Counted from the stretch's first letter, positions 25,720-39,900 are shown. The stretch: DNA of 64,000 nucleotides from Eledone cirrhosa (GCA_964016885.1 OZ024745.1:96100001-96164000); one strand, 5' to 3'. Notes: generated by a model not told the origin, from the sequence alone. Made by a program: numbers and translations.

Positions 25720-27170
25720 AATAGACAATTATGAAGGATGTTGATGACAATGAGTATAAGTACTTAAGCATCCTGGAAACAGACCAGATGAAAGAGAAGT
25801 AAATGAAAAAAACCGTTATCAAAGGAATATAAATGGAGACTGAAATTGGTGTTACAGATAAAGTTAAGTGGTAGGAATAAAATACTGGCTATTAACACAT
25901 GAGCTGTTACAGCTCTAAGGTGTATCACTGATGTGATATATTGGAGATGTGATAAACTTAAGGGACTTGATAGAAAAACGAGGAAATATATGGTTAATTC
26001 TTACCTGAAATACCAGAGACAGTTGACAAAGTTAAGTACTGGGAATAGACTAAGAAAATTGACTTGAAAGTTGAAATTGAAGCCCTTATTTTTGCATCCC
26101 AGGAACAGGCTCTGAGAATGAACTATATCAAAATTAAATATTAACAAGTCTGTGAATTCCCCACTTAAGGGTGAGAAAGGTGAAAAAATAAACTACAGTG
26201 AATGTAAGATGCCTACTCAGAAGGAGCGCAAGAGAATGCACAAGAACATTGTCAGATTGATTCACTGGAAGCTCTGTTGTAAGTATGACATGAGCAGAAG
26301 TGAGAAATGTGAGAAGTGAGAAGTGAGCATCAACTGGAAAGGGTGGCTGAAAATGAACAGTATAAGATCTTATGGGACATAACCATCCAGTGCAACCATT
26401 TTATTGTGGCTAGAAAGCCTGACATTGTTATCGTAGATTAGGAGAATAAGAAAACATGTATTGTGGATATTGCTTCACCGTGGGACGGCAGGGTGAATGA
26501 AAAGGAAAGTGAGAAATTTGAGAAATACCAGGAGTTGAAGAGGTAAATTAGGAAACTATGGAGAATTGCACATGTAGAAGTGGTACCGATTGCAGTTGGT
26601 GCACTTAAGAAGCTAGGAATTACCACCAGGATGGGATTATTGCTGAAAACAGCCTTGCTAGAAACAGCATGGACTCTAAGGAGGTTGTTAGAAAGTTGAA
26701 GGACAAATGCTACACGGAAATTAACCATCTCCTGTATTTGAAAGATCTAAAAGCTGTATGCTGCAGATGAAGACAACTAAAAACACTGCTACAGACAGTA
26801 CATAGATTCACAAACGAAATAGGCATGAAATTTGGATTAGAAAAACCCACAAAAAACAACTCTCAAGAGAAAAAAGACTAGTAAAAAACACTAATATCAT
26901 GCTAGATAAAGAAACTGAGATAAGAAGATTAGATCAAACACAGACATACAAATATTTAGGAATCAACAAACTAGACAGGATTCAACACACACAGATGGAA
27001 GAAAAGATAAGAAAGGAATATTACTGATGGATTAGATTGCTGCTTAAAACAGAACAAAATGCAAAGAATAATGTAATTGGTATCAATACTCTAGCGATCC
27101 CAGTGATAATATTCTAAGCTAGACATTAAAGGAAATAGACAGAAAAACAATAAAAGTAATGACCTGCATT
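25720..27170 (+). mobile_element. Two older R4/Dong-like LINE fragments
   Basis: Remnants YKYL, ASQEQALR, KILWD..Q, RKPDIV and EKYQELKR (to about 26700); then INHLLY, FGLEK and YKYLGI. Confidence 0.7.
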
Positions 27171-27199
27171 TAGAAAACACAACCACCATAATCATCATC

Positions 27200-27490
27200 A
27201 TTATTTGACATCTATTTTCTATGCTGGCATGTATTAGACAGGTTGATCCTTTTGATGCAAGTTGGGTCAAGTGACCATATTTTGCTCACACAGAACTGTT
27301 TCTGGTTTGGTTTCTATGGCTTGATTCTCTTCCTAACGCCAACCACATTTACAATGTGTGCTGGGTGCTTTTTGCCATGACACCTACATGACCACTTTAC
27401 AGTGTGGGCTGGGTGCTTTTAGTTGTGACACCTACATGACCAGTTTACAGTGTGAGCTGGGTGCTTTTAGTTGTGGCACCTACACAACCA
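27200..27490 (-). mobile_element. RTE-3'UTR-derived repeat with three 48-bp units
   Basis: Homologous to 3115-3550; an oppositely oriented partial copy lies at about 27600-27800. Confidence 0.65.
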
Positions 27491-27787
27491 CTTGCTCACT
27501 TACTCTCTCTGTCTCTAAGATCCTCCCCCATGACCAATCCTTGTTTTCCCAGCCTGGCTGAGCACACAATTGCTCTAGTTTTGGTACATCCAGCCAATAC
27601 TGTCAAGTGGTCATGTAGGTGTCACGACAAAAAGCATTCTACCCACCTTTTCAGGTAGTAGTGATGGTGTAAGGATAAAACACACCTGTTACATGTTGTA
27701 AAGTAGTTAATATTAGGAAGGGTATCCATTTATAGAAGCCATGCCAACCTGTCTAATCTATCCAAACATGGAAAATAGATGTGGTGG

Positions 27788-27818
<31 letters not shown>

Positions 27819-29039
27819 ACCATTTTAATAATGAGAAAGTTAGTTTTACTACTAAATCTCTCATAACCCTTGATTACTTTCAAAAGTATTTGAAATTCAC
27901 AGGCAGTGTCCTTTGTGAGAACTAGGATACTGAATAGGTTAATGTTATTTTAACATATGAAAGATCCTGTGTATCATAAACCTCTCCTTATTAAACTCTT
28001 TCTGTTTTGCTTTCCATACAAATTCCTTGTCTAAACTAATATAGATGTGATAGTCAGTAGTATCATCAAAGATCCAAGGATACATAGCAGTAGCCTTCAT
28101 CAATAAAACATGTAATATAAATTCTTTAAACTACTGCAAACGAGAAGAGAAGTGGTGTCACTCTAGTTTATTATGCATCAAAATACCTCCTTTTATATCT
28201 GTAGAAGCAAGCAATCATTGGTCAAGCAGTGACTAAAATGGAAACAACAAATTCATTTTGATTATGCACATCATTTTCTGCACATTATTTACAGCATGTG
28301 TAAGAAACGAGACCTTCCATGACATCCCTGATTTCACAAGGAAAGAAATATAATTGTTGTTGTTTTATCTTATTAATGACAAAAATGATGTGAAGTGGCA
28401 TTAAAAAGGAATTAAAATCATGCCAAGGACATGTCTGTTAGAAATTTACCTATTATTCTATAGCATTTGCTTAGCATAAGCTGATAAATATGAAGGCAGT
28501 TTAACACATGTCACAGATATTGAACCATAAATAAAAATATTTCTTCATTTATATTTAAAATAAACACATTGAATGCACTTATTTCAGAATCAATACATGA
28601 TAGAAATAATTTTAAAACAATCTGTAACTGATAACAATTCAATATCATATTGAAACTAGAGTTTTGGCAGTCAGCCTTATACTTTCATTGCCAATAAAAT
28701 TATTAAAAATTAATTTAACATACTTCAATAAAAAAAAAAAATTATACCTCATAGAAATAATTACTTAAATTAATAGAACAAATTAATATAGAATGTATTC
28801 ATTTATTTGTTTCAATATATTCTTGTATTTATGTAACATTTAAAGCTGTATTTGACAGGTTTAAATGTTTTCCATTTTTCAATGAAGACATATACAATTT
28901 TCCAAACTTATTCTACCTAGATGTAGAATGATTCAGTGCTGAGCCAATGAAAGAGCCTCTATGTGGTGATGGGACCTACTAGAAATGACAGCAAAATCGT
29001 CCTCAGCATGTATCTATTAATATTTAGATTTGGTATCTC

Positions 29040-29880
29040 AAGCCAACTTTGAAAGGTTTGGAGTTGACAGATGAACGTTCTGGTTCTTTTACAGGGAACA
29101 GTAACAGTCTAATAATTCCAAAATTGTTGCTGTTTAGCCCCCAAGTAAGCTCTGATCAAACTAGCCTATGATCAAAGGTATTCCAAGTATGGTGACCATC
29201 AATAGCCTTACCATACATCTGATAGTTACTGAGTCAGTTTCCAGTGTCCAGTGTCATGCAGGAGTCTATGTAGTCCACATGCTTCTTCATATGTTCAACA
29301 CATTCTCCCTGTATGGTACCTGAGTTTTCGTCTAGTAAATTTTAAATTTTGAAACAAACCAACAAACTCACAACACCGCCATAGGTGACAGTGTAGCTAA
29401 GGCACTGGAATAACTATGCACCCTCACAAGCATCTCCTAATACATCAGTAAGCCAAACCACCAACAATGACAAGAACTTTGTTGTCAGTGGCCCAGCTCC
29501 CCCCAAATATCTCAAATACCCAAATGAGACATCTAACTCTTACCCAGGAGCATAGAGTAAGACTATCTGGTCCATTCCCATCAACCTTAGACAATCCAGT
29601 TGGCTCCATAATTGAGGGTATATTGACTTAAGCCACATCCTGCATGATAATTAGGTTCAGCTCAGTATGGCAAGTGAAGTAACCTGCATTCAAATGGCAA
29701 GACAACTTATGAGGAGAAGTGCCAGGGAGTGAAGAGACCTGTGTCTCTTTAATTCCTTCACTGACTTAGGTTTCAGTTCTGAGTTCAATGGATATGTAAA
29801 GCTCATCCAGACCGAGTAGGCCACCAATGTTGCTCACCGGCAAAGTATCAACCCAGTAACCCTTGTCATGGTTTTGTTAA
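29040..29880 (-). mobile_element. CRE-clade RLE LINE fragment, decayed
   Basis: Minus-strand translation EPTGLSKVDGNGPDSLTLCSW...LIW parallels EPVGLDRGDGKRPDGMTIF...LVW at 63237-63794. Confidence 0.6.
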
Positions 29881-30571
29881 GTAGCTAAAAAAGTATTGGG
29901 ACAAAGCTTACCCCAACTTAAACCATTTCACAGTGGAATTTTTTCCCCCAAATTACTGTCACAAATAGTAATTGTTATTCAAATTCACAAAGCTGCCATA
30001 GGAGAGAGTGATCAAATGTAAATCACTTTCACATCACCATCACTCCCCTTCCCTCTTTCATTATCTATCATTATCTACATAACCACATTCCTTCCTCTCT
30101 CTCTATCTATGTATGTCTTTTACTTTTTAATATATTCCACTTCCTCTCAGATGTTTTTCTCTTGTGTTCAATTACATAGTATGTATCTCATTCAGTTTTT
30201 TTTATATGAATATGGAAATATAAAAAAAAAAAAAATGAATATAAAAAGATTGCTGCTTTGTATTTAAAAATAAATTCTATACAAACCTTCTCCTTGCAAT
30301 GATGAACATTGATATACATAGTTCTGTGGATATTCATTTTTCTGTTTCTAAGTATAACTCAGACACGTGCAGACAACTCACATTTATATATATATTTAGC
30401 AAATATAGTTGTGATTATAGATGCAGTATGTCCAAATGTTTGAACAGTTCAGTTTACAGTGATCAAGTCCTCGGTTCAATCCAACAAAGGGACACCTTGG
30501 ACAAGTGTCATTTACCATATCCTAGGTTTGGCCCATTTCAACTTTCTTACAATACCTGGTTTTTATATATG

Positions 30572-30660
<89 letters not shown>

Positions 30661-30661
<1 letters not shown>

Positions 30662-31764
30662 AAAAAATTAGAAATAAGAGGGATCAGATGTTGTTTACTC
30701 GAGAGAAGGCTACGTTGGTATGGTCACATGATGCGCATGAAAGACGACAGCTGTATAACAAAGTACAGGGCAATAAAGATAGACGGTAGCTACGGAGTAG
30801 GCAGACCCAGAAAAACCTGGGACGAGCTGATAAATTCCGACCTCACACACTTACACCTCTCCAAGACAATGTCACTGGACCGAGACCTTTGGCGGTACTC
30901 AGTAATAGAGAAGACCCGCCTTACCTAAATACAAAGTAAAACCTACTACAGTCAGTAGGCATCTCTAACAAAATACACCCCCGTCCCACCACCCCCACCC
31001 CATCCACACCGCCCCTTTCAATGTAAAGTTATGTTGGTGCCACAACATCCAGGCCGAAACAAATGAGATCATGTAGGTGTCACGACAAAAAAACACACAG
31101 TCCACGCTGTAATGTGGCTGTGTAGGCAACACGGTAAAAACCTCCCAGCCCCACACTGTAAATGTGGTTGGTGTTAGGAAGGGCATCCAGCTGTAGTAAA
31201 CCCGCCAGATAGTCCACGCTGTAATGTGGCCGTGTAGTCAACACGGCAAAAACCTCCCAGCCCCACACTGTAAATGTGGTTGGTGTTAGGAAGGGCATCG
31301 CATAGGACTGTCTGGCGGGTTTTCTACAGCTGGATGCCCTTCCTAACACAACCACATTTACAGTGTGGGGCTGGGAGGTTTTTACCGTGTTGCCTACACG
31401 GCCACATTACAGCGTGGACTGTGTGTTTTTTGTCGTGACACCTACACAATCTCATTTGTTTCGGCCTGGATGTTGTGGCACCAGCATAACTTTACATTGA
31501 AAGGGGCGGTGTGGATGGGTGGGGGTGGTGGGACGGGGGGTGTTTTGATAGAGATGCCTACTGACTGTAGTAGGTTTTACTTTGTATTTAGGTAAGGCAG
31601 GTCTTCTCTATTACTGAGTACCACTAAAGGTCTCGGTCCAGTGACATTGTCTTGGAGAGGTGTAAGCGTGTGAGGTCGGAATTTATCATGTCGTCCCAGG
31701 TTTTTCTGGGTCTGCCTACTCCGTGGCTACCATCTATCTTTATTGCCCTGCACTTTGTTATACA
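30661..31764. mobile_element. RTE LINE 3' end arranged as a tail-to-tail inverted repeat
   Basis: RRLRWYGHMMRM...GRPRKTW at 30661-30928; arms at 30752-31215 and 31305-31764. Confidence 0.85.
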
Positions 31765-31949
31765 ATATATATATATATCTCATCATCATCACCATTTAAT
31801 GTCCATTTTTCATGCTTGCATGGGTTAGATGGGTGGGTCAGACACACCATGAGATAAGTCTGGCCAGTTTCCCCACCATACATTGTTCAGATGGAACTGT
31901 AAATTTGGCTGGGATTTTTATAGCTGGATGCTATATATATATATAATAT

Positions 31950-34736
31950 AAGATCAAAAGATGGTTAAAAGAGTTCCAAGTATTTTATTATGCACATTTC
32001 AAAAACAAATATCATCATGGGATGATATCTGCGTTTTCATCAGATAAAATAGGGATACATGATATGAAGCTTATAAAACACTTGTGAATAGTGAAGTTTT
32101 AAATCAACATATGAAAAATAATTTAAGATTGATGTATGAGATTGGGAAAAAGTGAGGGGGTGTGTGGAAAAGGTAAGGAAGATGAGGAGATGAGAGTAAA
32201 GAATGGTGGGGGAGGAGTATAAGAAGGAAGGATGAGAGAGGAGGAGAGATAGGTGATAGAGAGAGAGAGATAGCCTTTACAACTGAGAAAAAAATATATA
32301 TTGTCTCACAGAGAGAAGTTAAAAAGCCGTTGGAAGATAATAGATAATTTAAAAGAATTTGAAATTAAAAGTTAATGAGGTTTATGCATGAAGAGAAAAA
32401 AGGGATTAAGAATAATATTAAATTAAGGTTTGTATATTGTGCGAGGAAAAGAAATTATTAATATGTATTATTAAAATAAAAATATTAATGTTATTAAGGA
32501 TATAATGTGAAAAGAAGTAAAAGAATGAATGAGTTATGAATTTAGAGGAATTAGTTAGTGTTTAAGTTTGTTTTTATGTAATGTAATATGTGTGCGTAAT
32601 ATATGTACGTAAATAGTTTGTTTAAAAATGAGCGCAGAAAGCAAAGAAGAAAAGAATGTTTAAGAAAGAAAATATCTAACATAAAAAAAATATATATGTT
32701 TACGAAATATTTTCTAATGGTAATAATATAATATATTAAAAGAAATTAGTTAGGGTTTAAGTTTGTTTTTATGTATTGTAATATGTAAAAGTCAAACGAG
32801 CATGAACGGAAGAAATAAGGAATTTAAGGAAGAAAAATCTAACGTAAAAAAAAATGTTTATGTTTACGAAGGACTATTAAAGGTAATACTGTAATGTATT
32901 TAAAAAATAATAATTTTTATGGTCAATGATATGAAGAAAGATGGAAGAATGGATAATGTTGTGGTGAGTAATAATAAGAATTGAAAAGTAGTTAGGAAGA
33001 AAAAGTACAGATTAGAGGTTAGAAATTAGAAAGAAGAGAGGAAGAAAGGAAAGTGATAAAGAGGAATGATATAGAATGAGTAACTTGTATTATATAATAT
33101 ATAATAAATAATATTGAAATAAGGTAGAAAGATGGGTATATTTTTAAAAGATATATAAGCCTTTGAGAAAAAGGATTTTAAACTAGTAAGGTATTAGATA
33201 TTAGCTGTATACTTTATGGAATGTTCTGTGGAATTTATGCAAGCAGAGAGAAAATAAATTAGTGCGTCTATTTATTATAGAATTGAAATTAGATATAATG
33301 GTAAATTTTTCAGATAGGCAAAGATTACATGTTCTGGCTAGGGAGGCATTCAAGTAGGGGGAGACAGAACAAACTTTTCTCCAAGAGATGTTATAGTTAA
33401 TATTTTTGTCTTTCAAGGACCATATGAGTTCTGAGAGTGCCGTGTTAGTTCTCTTAAGTTGGTATTTAAAAGACGAATTGTGATTATAAAATCTAGCTTT
33501 GAAGGAGGTGGAAGTGGAACCGAAATAGGTAAAGGAATTGGTATCAGTTATAACCTTACATTCATAGACTAAGCTAAGTTTTTATCAAGACAATGGTTAT
33601 TGAGAGGACATTTAGTTCTTAAAAGAACTAACACGGCACTCTCAGAACTCATATGGTCCTTGAAAGACAAAAATATTAACTATAACATCTCTTGGAGAAA
33701 AGTTTGTTCTGCCTCTCCCTACTTGAATGCCTCCCTAGCCAGAACATGTAATCTTTGCCTATCTGAAAAATTTACCATTATATCTAATTTCAATTCTATA
33801 ATAAATAGACACACTGATTTATTTTCTCTCTGCTTGCATAAATTCCACAGAACATTCCATAAAGTATACAGTTAATATCTAATACCTTACTAGTTTAAAA
33901 TCCTTTTTCTCAAAGGCTTATATATCTTTTAAAAATATACCCATCTTTCTACCTTATTTCAATATTATTTATTATATATTATATAATACAAGTTACTCAT
34001 TCTATATCATTCCTCTTTATCACTTTCCTTTCTTCCTCTCTTCTTTCTAATTTCTAACCTCTAATCTGTACTTTTTCTTCCTAACTACTTCTCAATTCTT
34101 ATTATTACTCACTACAACATTATCCATTCTTCCATCTTTCTTCATATCATTGGCCATAAAAATTATTTTTTTTATTTAATACATTATAGTATTACCTTTA
34201 ATAGTCCTTCGTAAACATAAACATTTTTTTTTACGTTAGATTTTTCTTCCTTAAGTTCCTTATTTCTTCTTGTCATGCTCGTTTGACTTTTACATATTAC
34301 AATACTTAAACCCTAACTAATTTCTTTTAATATATTATATTATTACCATTAGAAAATATTTCGTAAACATATATTTTTTATGTTAGATATTTTCTTCCTT
34401 AAACATTCTTTTCTTCTTTGCTTTCTGCGCTCATTTTTAAACAAACTATTTACGTACATATATTACGCACACATATTACATTACATAAAAACAAACTTAA
34501 ACACTAATTCCTCTAAATTCATAACTCATTCATTCTTTTACTTCTTTTCACATTATATGCTTAATAACATTAATATTTTTATTTTAATAATGCATATTAA
34601 TAATTTCTTTTCCTCGAACATATTATTAAACCCTTCAATATACAAACCTTAATTTAATATTATTCTTAATCCCTTTTTTCTAATGCATAAACCTCATTAA
34701 CTTTTAATTTCAAATTCTTTTAAATTATCTATTATC
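31950..34736. mobile_element. Penelope-like element (Neptune-like GIY-YIG) as a head-to-head palindrome
   Basis: Minus copy encodes CPLNNHCL...VYECKV...YFGSTSTSFKARFYNHNSSF...CNLCLSEK; arms at 32336-33458 and 33618-34736. Confidence 0.88.
31981..32051 (-). ncRNA. Type-I hammerhead ribozyme with CpG-decayed stem III
   Basis: UAUUUUAU CUGAUGA [16-position stem II with 15 paired, loop CCAU] GAAA UGUGCA UA AUAAAAUA. Confidence 0.75.
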
Positions 34737-36489
34737 AAGTGGTCATTTGTTATGTAGGTCACCAAGATTAGAGGGGTTGTCATGCTGTGACTCAACTGAA
34801 GGAACTTCTCAACCCTTTTTAATAATGTATCAAAGTTTTAGTACTAATGACTGATTTTTCTAACTTTGACACAAAAGTACACATTTTCTGAGAACAGTAT
34901 AGAGGATAGAACCCCCCCCCCCTCCACACACACACACACACCTCACAGCTCCAATGCTTTACTTATATCTATTTTATCAACCCTATAAAGAAAATGGTGA
35001 ATCTGACTCTAGTGGGATTTAAAATGATAATGTATTAAGACATAATTAAATACCACAAGTTATTCCTTCATTATCTGCTAACTCCACTATTCTCTCCTGG
35101 TACTACTACTACTAAATAAATGGTATGTAAAGATATTTTCCCACTATACCTTCAAATTGCAGTTTAATTACTGTTTAACTCTTTGACCACTGGGTTTATG
35201 GATATTTTGTGGCCAGTACACTGGGGCCTTGGCCCAAATTTAAAAAAGACATATTTTTCAAAAAATTGTTTTGTGCTTGTAAATCTTTGTTTCGTGATTT
35301 TGATCAGCAAAAGTTGGAAATATTTATACAAATATAGATGCACTTTCTGTCATCATCTGAGCTGCATGTCATATGAAACGAGATCACTGATTGACCAGGA
35401 GACTGCTCAGTAATTTGTTTATAAAGTTGGACTCTTGACAGCTCCTGGTATTGTGGATATTACAATGTCATACTATTTCAAAGAATTAATATTGAGTCAG
35501 TCAGGTTAAAAACATATTCAATATCATACAAAACAAGACTAATGATTTGATAAAAGTTAATAACCTAAAAGTTAATAAGCTGAAAGCCTTAAATACTCTT
35601 AAATTAAATATTGGATTCTTCTAGATTAAGCATGAGGGTACACCTCACTAAATATTGGTAAATGAAGATTTATACCTTATCGTTATATTTGTAAATAATA
35701 GAAAATGATGAATTAGGGAGCTGTGATGTTCATGAGGCTAGTATATACTCAAATATCCTTGACTATATCTAAAAAAAGGACATTCTGCTGTTTATAAGAC
35801 TTATACATTAGTATGTTACAACCACTGTCCCACAATCATACTATTTCTTTTCTTTACCTCTCCTATTGCAACTTCTGTGGCTTTTACTCCTTAAAACTAG
35901 CTAACTGTATACCAATTCCACCCAAGGCCAGATCCCACAATATTAGAACATCTACCACAACTATAAGACTAGCTTTGGAGGATGTATAAAGGTTTGCAAG
36001 TTTGTCCCTTTTCCTCCTCCTAACTTAAAAAACACAAGAAAACAAGTGTTAGCAATGTAAAGCAAAAAAAAAGGAAACTGTTTTACTAGGAATTGATATC
36101 AGATTGGAACCTTATCTTTTTATTACTTCATCGTTCCTCAATGGGAGGCTGCGTAGTCAACTGAATCAACAGATATATTAACTTATTTCATATCTCCTCA
36201 AAGCTAGACACATAAATGTATATGTTTTCATTTATTTTTCTGACTCAGTAGAGCAGTGGTCATTACACCAGTCTAATAATACTCTTAAAATAAATATTTA
36301 TGTATGATAAAAATGTTATTATTATTAGGTTCAATATACAATGTTCAAAGCAAATAGTTATAGTTATAACCAAAACCATAACTTGACTGAAACAAATCAA
36401 AATTTGTAGACTTGTTTTTAAAGAGTTGTATAGAGGGGAAAAATTGATATAAAATCTAAAAAAAAAAAAAGAGTTAATTATAAGATCAT

Positions 36490-37283
36490 TGTCACCAGCC
36501 TTATCACCATCACTATCCTCCTCTTTCACAATCATTATCATCATCATCACCAACAATATCCTCCTCTTTCACAATCATTATCATCATCATCACCAACAAT
36601 ATCCTCCTCTTTCCCAATCATCATCACCACCATCACCACCACTATCACAATCATTATCATCACCACCACCACCACTATCCTCCTCTTTCACAATCATCAT
36701 CATCATCATCACCATCACTATCCTCCTCTTTCACAATCATTATCATCATCATCACCATCACTATCCTCCTCTTTCACAATCATTATCATCATCATCACCA
36801 ACAATATCCTCCTGTTTCCCAATCATCATCACCACCATCACCACCACTATCACAATCATTATCATCATCACCACCACCACTATCCTCCTCTTTCACAATC
36901 ATCATCATCATCATCATCATCACTATCCTCCTCTATCACAGTCATCATCATCATCACCAACAATATCCTCCTCTTTCACAATCATTATCATCATCATCAC
37001 CAACAATATCCTCCTCTTTCACAATCATCATCATCATCATCACCAACAATATCCTCCTCTTTCACAATCATTATCATCATCATCACCAACAATATCCTCC
37101 TCTTTCACAATCATCATCATCATCATCACCAACAATATCCTCCTCTTTCACAATCATTATCATCATCATCACCAACAATATCCTCCTGTTTCCCAATCAT
37201 CATCACCACCATCACCACCACTATCACAATCATCATCATCATCACCACCACCACTATCCCCCTCTTTCACAATCATCATCATA
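36490..37283. repeat. CAT/CAC-based compound minisatellite (about 42-45-bp units)
   Basis: Recurring caatatcctcctctttcacaatcattatcatcatcatcaccaa. Confidence 0.9.
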
Positions 37284-39900
37284 TTTAGTTACATAGTAGA
37301 CTGTTGAATAAAAAAACCCTTCAATAAAAGTTTCTCTTATCAGCTATATATATATACAAATGTATGGCTGTCTCATGGTATAAGTAAACAGAAATATTCC
37401 ATTGTAATTATAAGAAATCATTTTAAAGATAACACTGAAATTATCAATTCAAGGGAAAAATAAGATGTAAGCTTTGTTTTGAAAAGAAGAGAACAGAAAA
37501 CATAACAAAATAAAAGGAAGTTGTTATAATGTATGTTGAATTTTGGATAAGATATATCTCTCTAAGTGGTTTGGTAAAATAGATACCATTTTCATTTCAT
37601 GGATGATGTGATGCTGATAATAAGACAAATTTAATCATTGCAACACTTTTATTTTACCTCCAGTGTCTTTATAGTTAAGACACATAGCTTGTAAATATCA
37701 ACTCATTTTGAATAAGTTTTGTTAGCGTATCAGAAGATTGTTACAAATTCCTAACTTTACCAATATTTCTAAAATTTATTTTTAAAAATGAAATGTCTTT
37801 AATCTTTTTAAACCAGGAAGATAGGCATAATTATGTTTCCCTTTTTCTAATGTTTATCAATAAAGGTGAAAACAAAAAAGTATGGCACTTTTGCTCTTTT
37901 ATTTTTTTCAGAGCCTTCAAAACTGGTGGGAAGAAGGCAAAAGAGAAGTTATTCTCAAACTGGAGAGTTAGCCTGAATTCTTGCAAGAGAATGATAGAAT
38001 CTTCTTTTGCTCTCATTCGTGGTCAATATACAATTCTCATTGGCATTCCAAGAATTGAAGACATCATGTCTGAACAACTGTTGACTTTGCTAAAAGTAAC
38101 CAAGAACCAAATGGTGGTGTTAAATTGAGTGAAAGATTCTGTCTACCACCTATATTCAATATACAAAGAACCAGAACAAATGCCCCAATGCTAACAATTT
38201 TGCCAACCAGCCACCATGGACTTGTATTTTATTTTACCAACCCTAGAAGAATGAAAATCCAAGCTGACCTCAGTGAAATTGCCTCAATTTATCTAACTGT
38301 CATGAATAGTGAGCAAATTTTATGATTCATACATCCCCTATCATGGAAGGCCAATAATCCTGTTCTGTAAATTAAGGTATATACATTGAGTTTATTACAA
38401 TTAGCATTCAATTTGAAATGTTCTAAGTTAAGTTGCAGAAGAGGAAATATGAGTTAGAAAGTAGATTTTAGTTGTAGGTAAGAATAATGCAACATGTCTA
38501 ATATAAAGGATGAAGTTCAAAGTTATATTCAAACTAAGATGAAATGACAACATGGAAATTATATTTTTCCTGATAATGTGTATTTGTTTACAAGAACAGG
38601 TCAATAGAGAGAATAAAAATATTTTGTTATTGGATGTGAACAAAAATAATTTTTTTTTAATGTGTTATTCACAGCTGGAAGAGCAACATCAATAAACCCC
38701 TTCAGAGCCTTCATGACAGGTGAAAGGAAAGAAGGAAGTTATCCTCAGACAGAAAACCAAGCCTAAATGCTTGTAATGAGGTGAACTCTTTTAAAGGCAT
38801 CCAAGTACCAGTTGGTGGTGTTAAACTGAGATATGGATTAAGTTTACCATCCAACAACAGGACACTTTCCATAGAGCAAATATCACAGGGCTATGTAAGA
38901 AGTCACATGCCAAAGTTACAAAGCAAACTTTTTCACTACCTATACAGTTTAACCTAAATCTACCCAATACAATTCCCTCCTTTTTTCTCACCATCACTAA
39001 GTCTTATATGGAAGATTCTTCACTAAACATTTTGTCAAATGTTTTTCCAAGTTGTATCTTTTTAAAATGTTCTTCATACTCTAATGTTTCCATTTAAGTA
39101 GCAAACTGCAGTCATTCAAAGAAAACAACATCTGCTTTAATTGCCTTTAAAAGATTTTAATCCTCCATCTTAAAAGAGACTAATTTATCCATTTATACTC
39201 TCCCTTCTCTACCTAAAAATTATATTTCTTACATTCTCTTCTCTGAATTCTGGCCTGCCATAACTGAATAACTTCATTTTTCTTTCCTACTTTTAGTCTT
39301 GTCTTTGGTGAATTGGCAGAAATGATAAAGTGTCTAATGAAAGGCACTGTGGTATTTATTCTGGATCCTTGTGTTCTAAGTTAAAATTCTACCAAAGTCA
39401 ACTTTGCTTGTCGTCTTGCAAAGCCCAATAGATAAAGTACTAATCTTAGGTTGGTAGATTGAAGTTATTAAATCATTTTGGGTACCTTTAGCAGAGTGCA
39501 CTCTATTGCAAGCTTTCCAGTTTGAGGATATTTTCCCCACTTTACCTCCAGTCACAGTAACCCAGAAAAGGGCCATAGACTAAGTGATAAAACAATTAAA
39601 CTAATACAATATTTTATCTAAAACAGACAAATACATAGTTTTAAAAAAACCCAATATATTTGTAGTCTCTGGGATTTATGATTCCATTCTTTTACTTTTC
39701 TTTTACTGGTTTCAATCATTGGACCATATTACAGTGTTGTGTTCAAGGACATTGTTATAGATCATATTGACCCATGGATCTAAATTTTTCAGATTTTTTC
39801 AAACCCACCCCATTTATTAAATTTTGCTAATTTACCTCCGGTAATAAAGTGGCAGCATTTCTGCGACAATTAATTTTCTTTATACATTAAAAAACCATTA

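Noticed and set aside
36489-37307. 272-aa His/Ser/Ile-rich ORF
   Set aside because: It is a stop-free product of a CAT-based minisatellite, with no splice or domain evidence.
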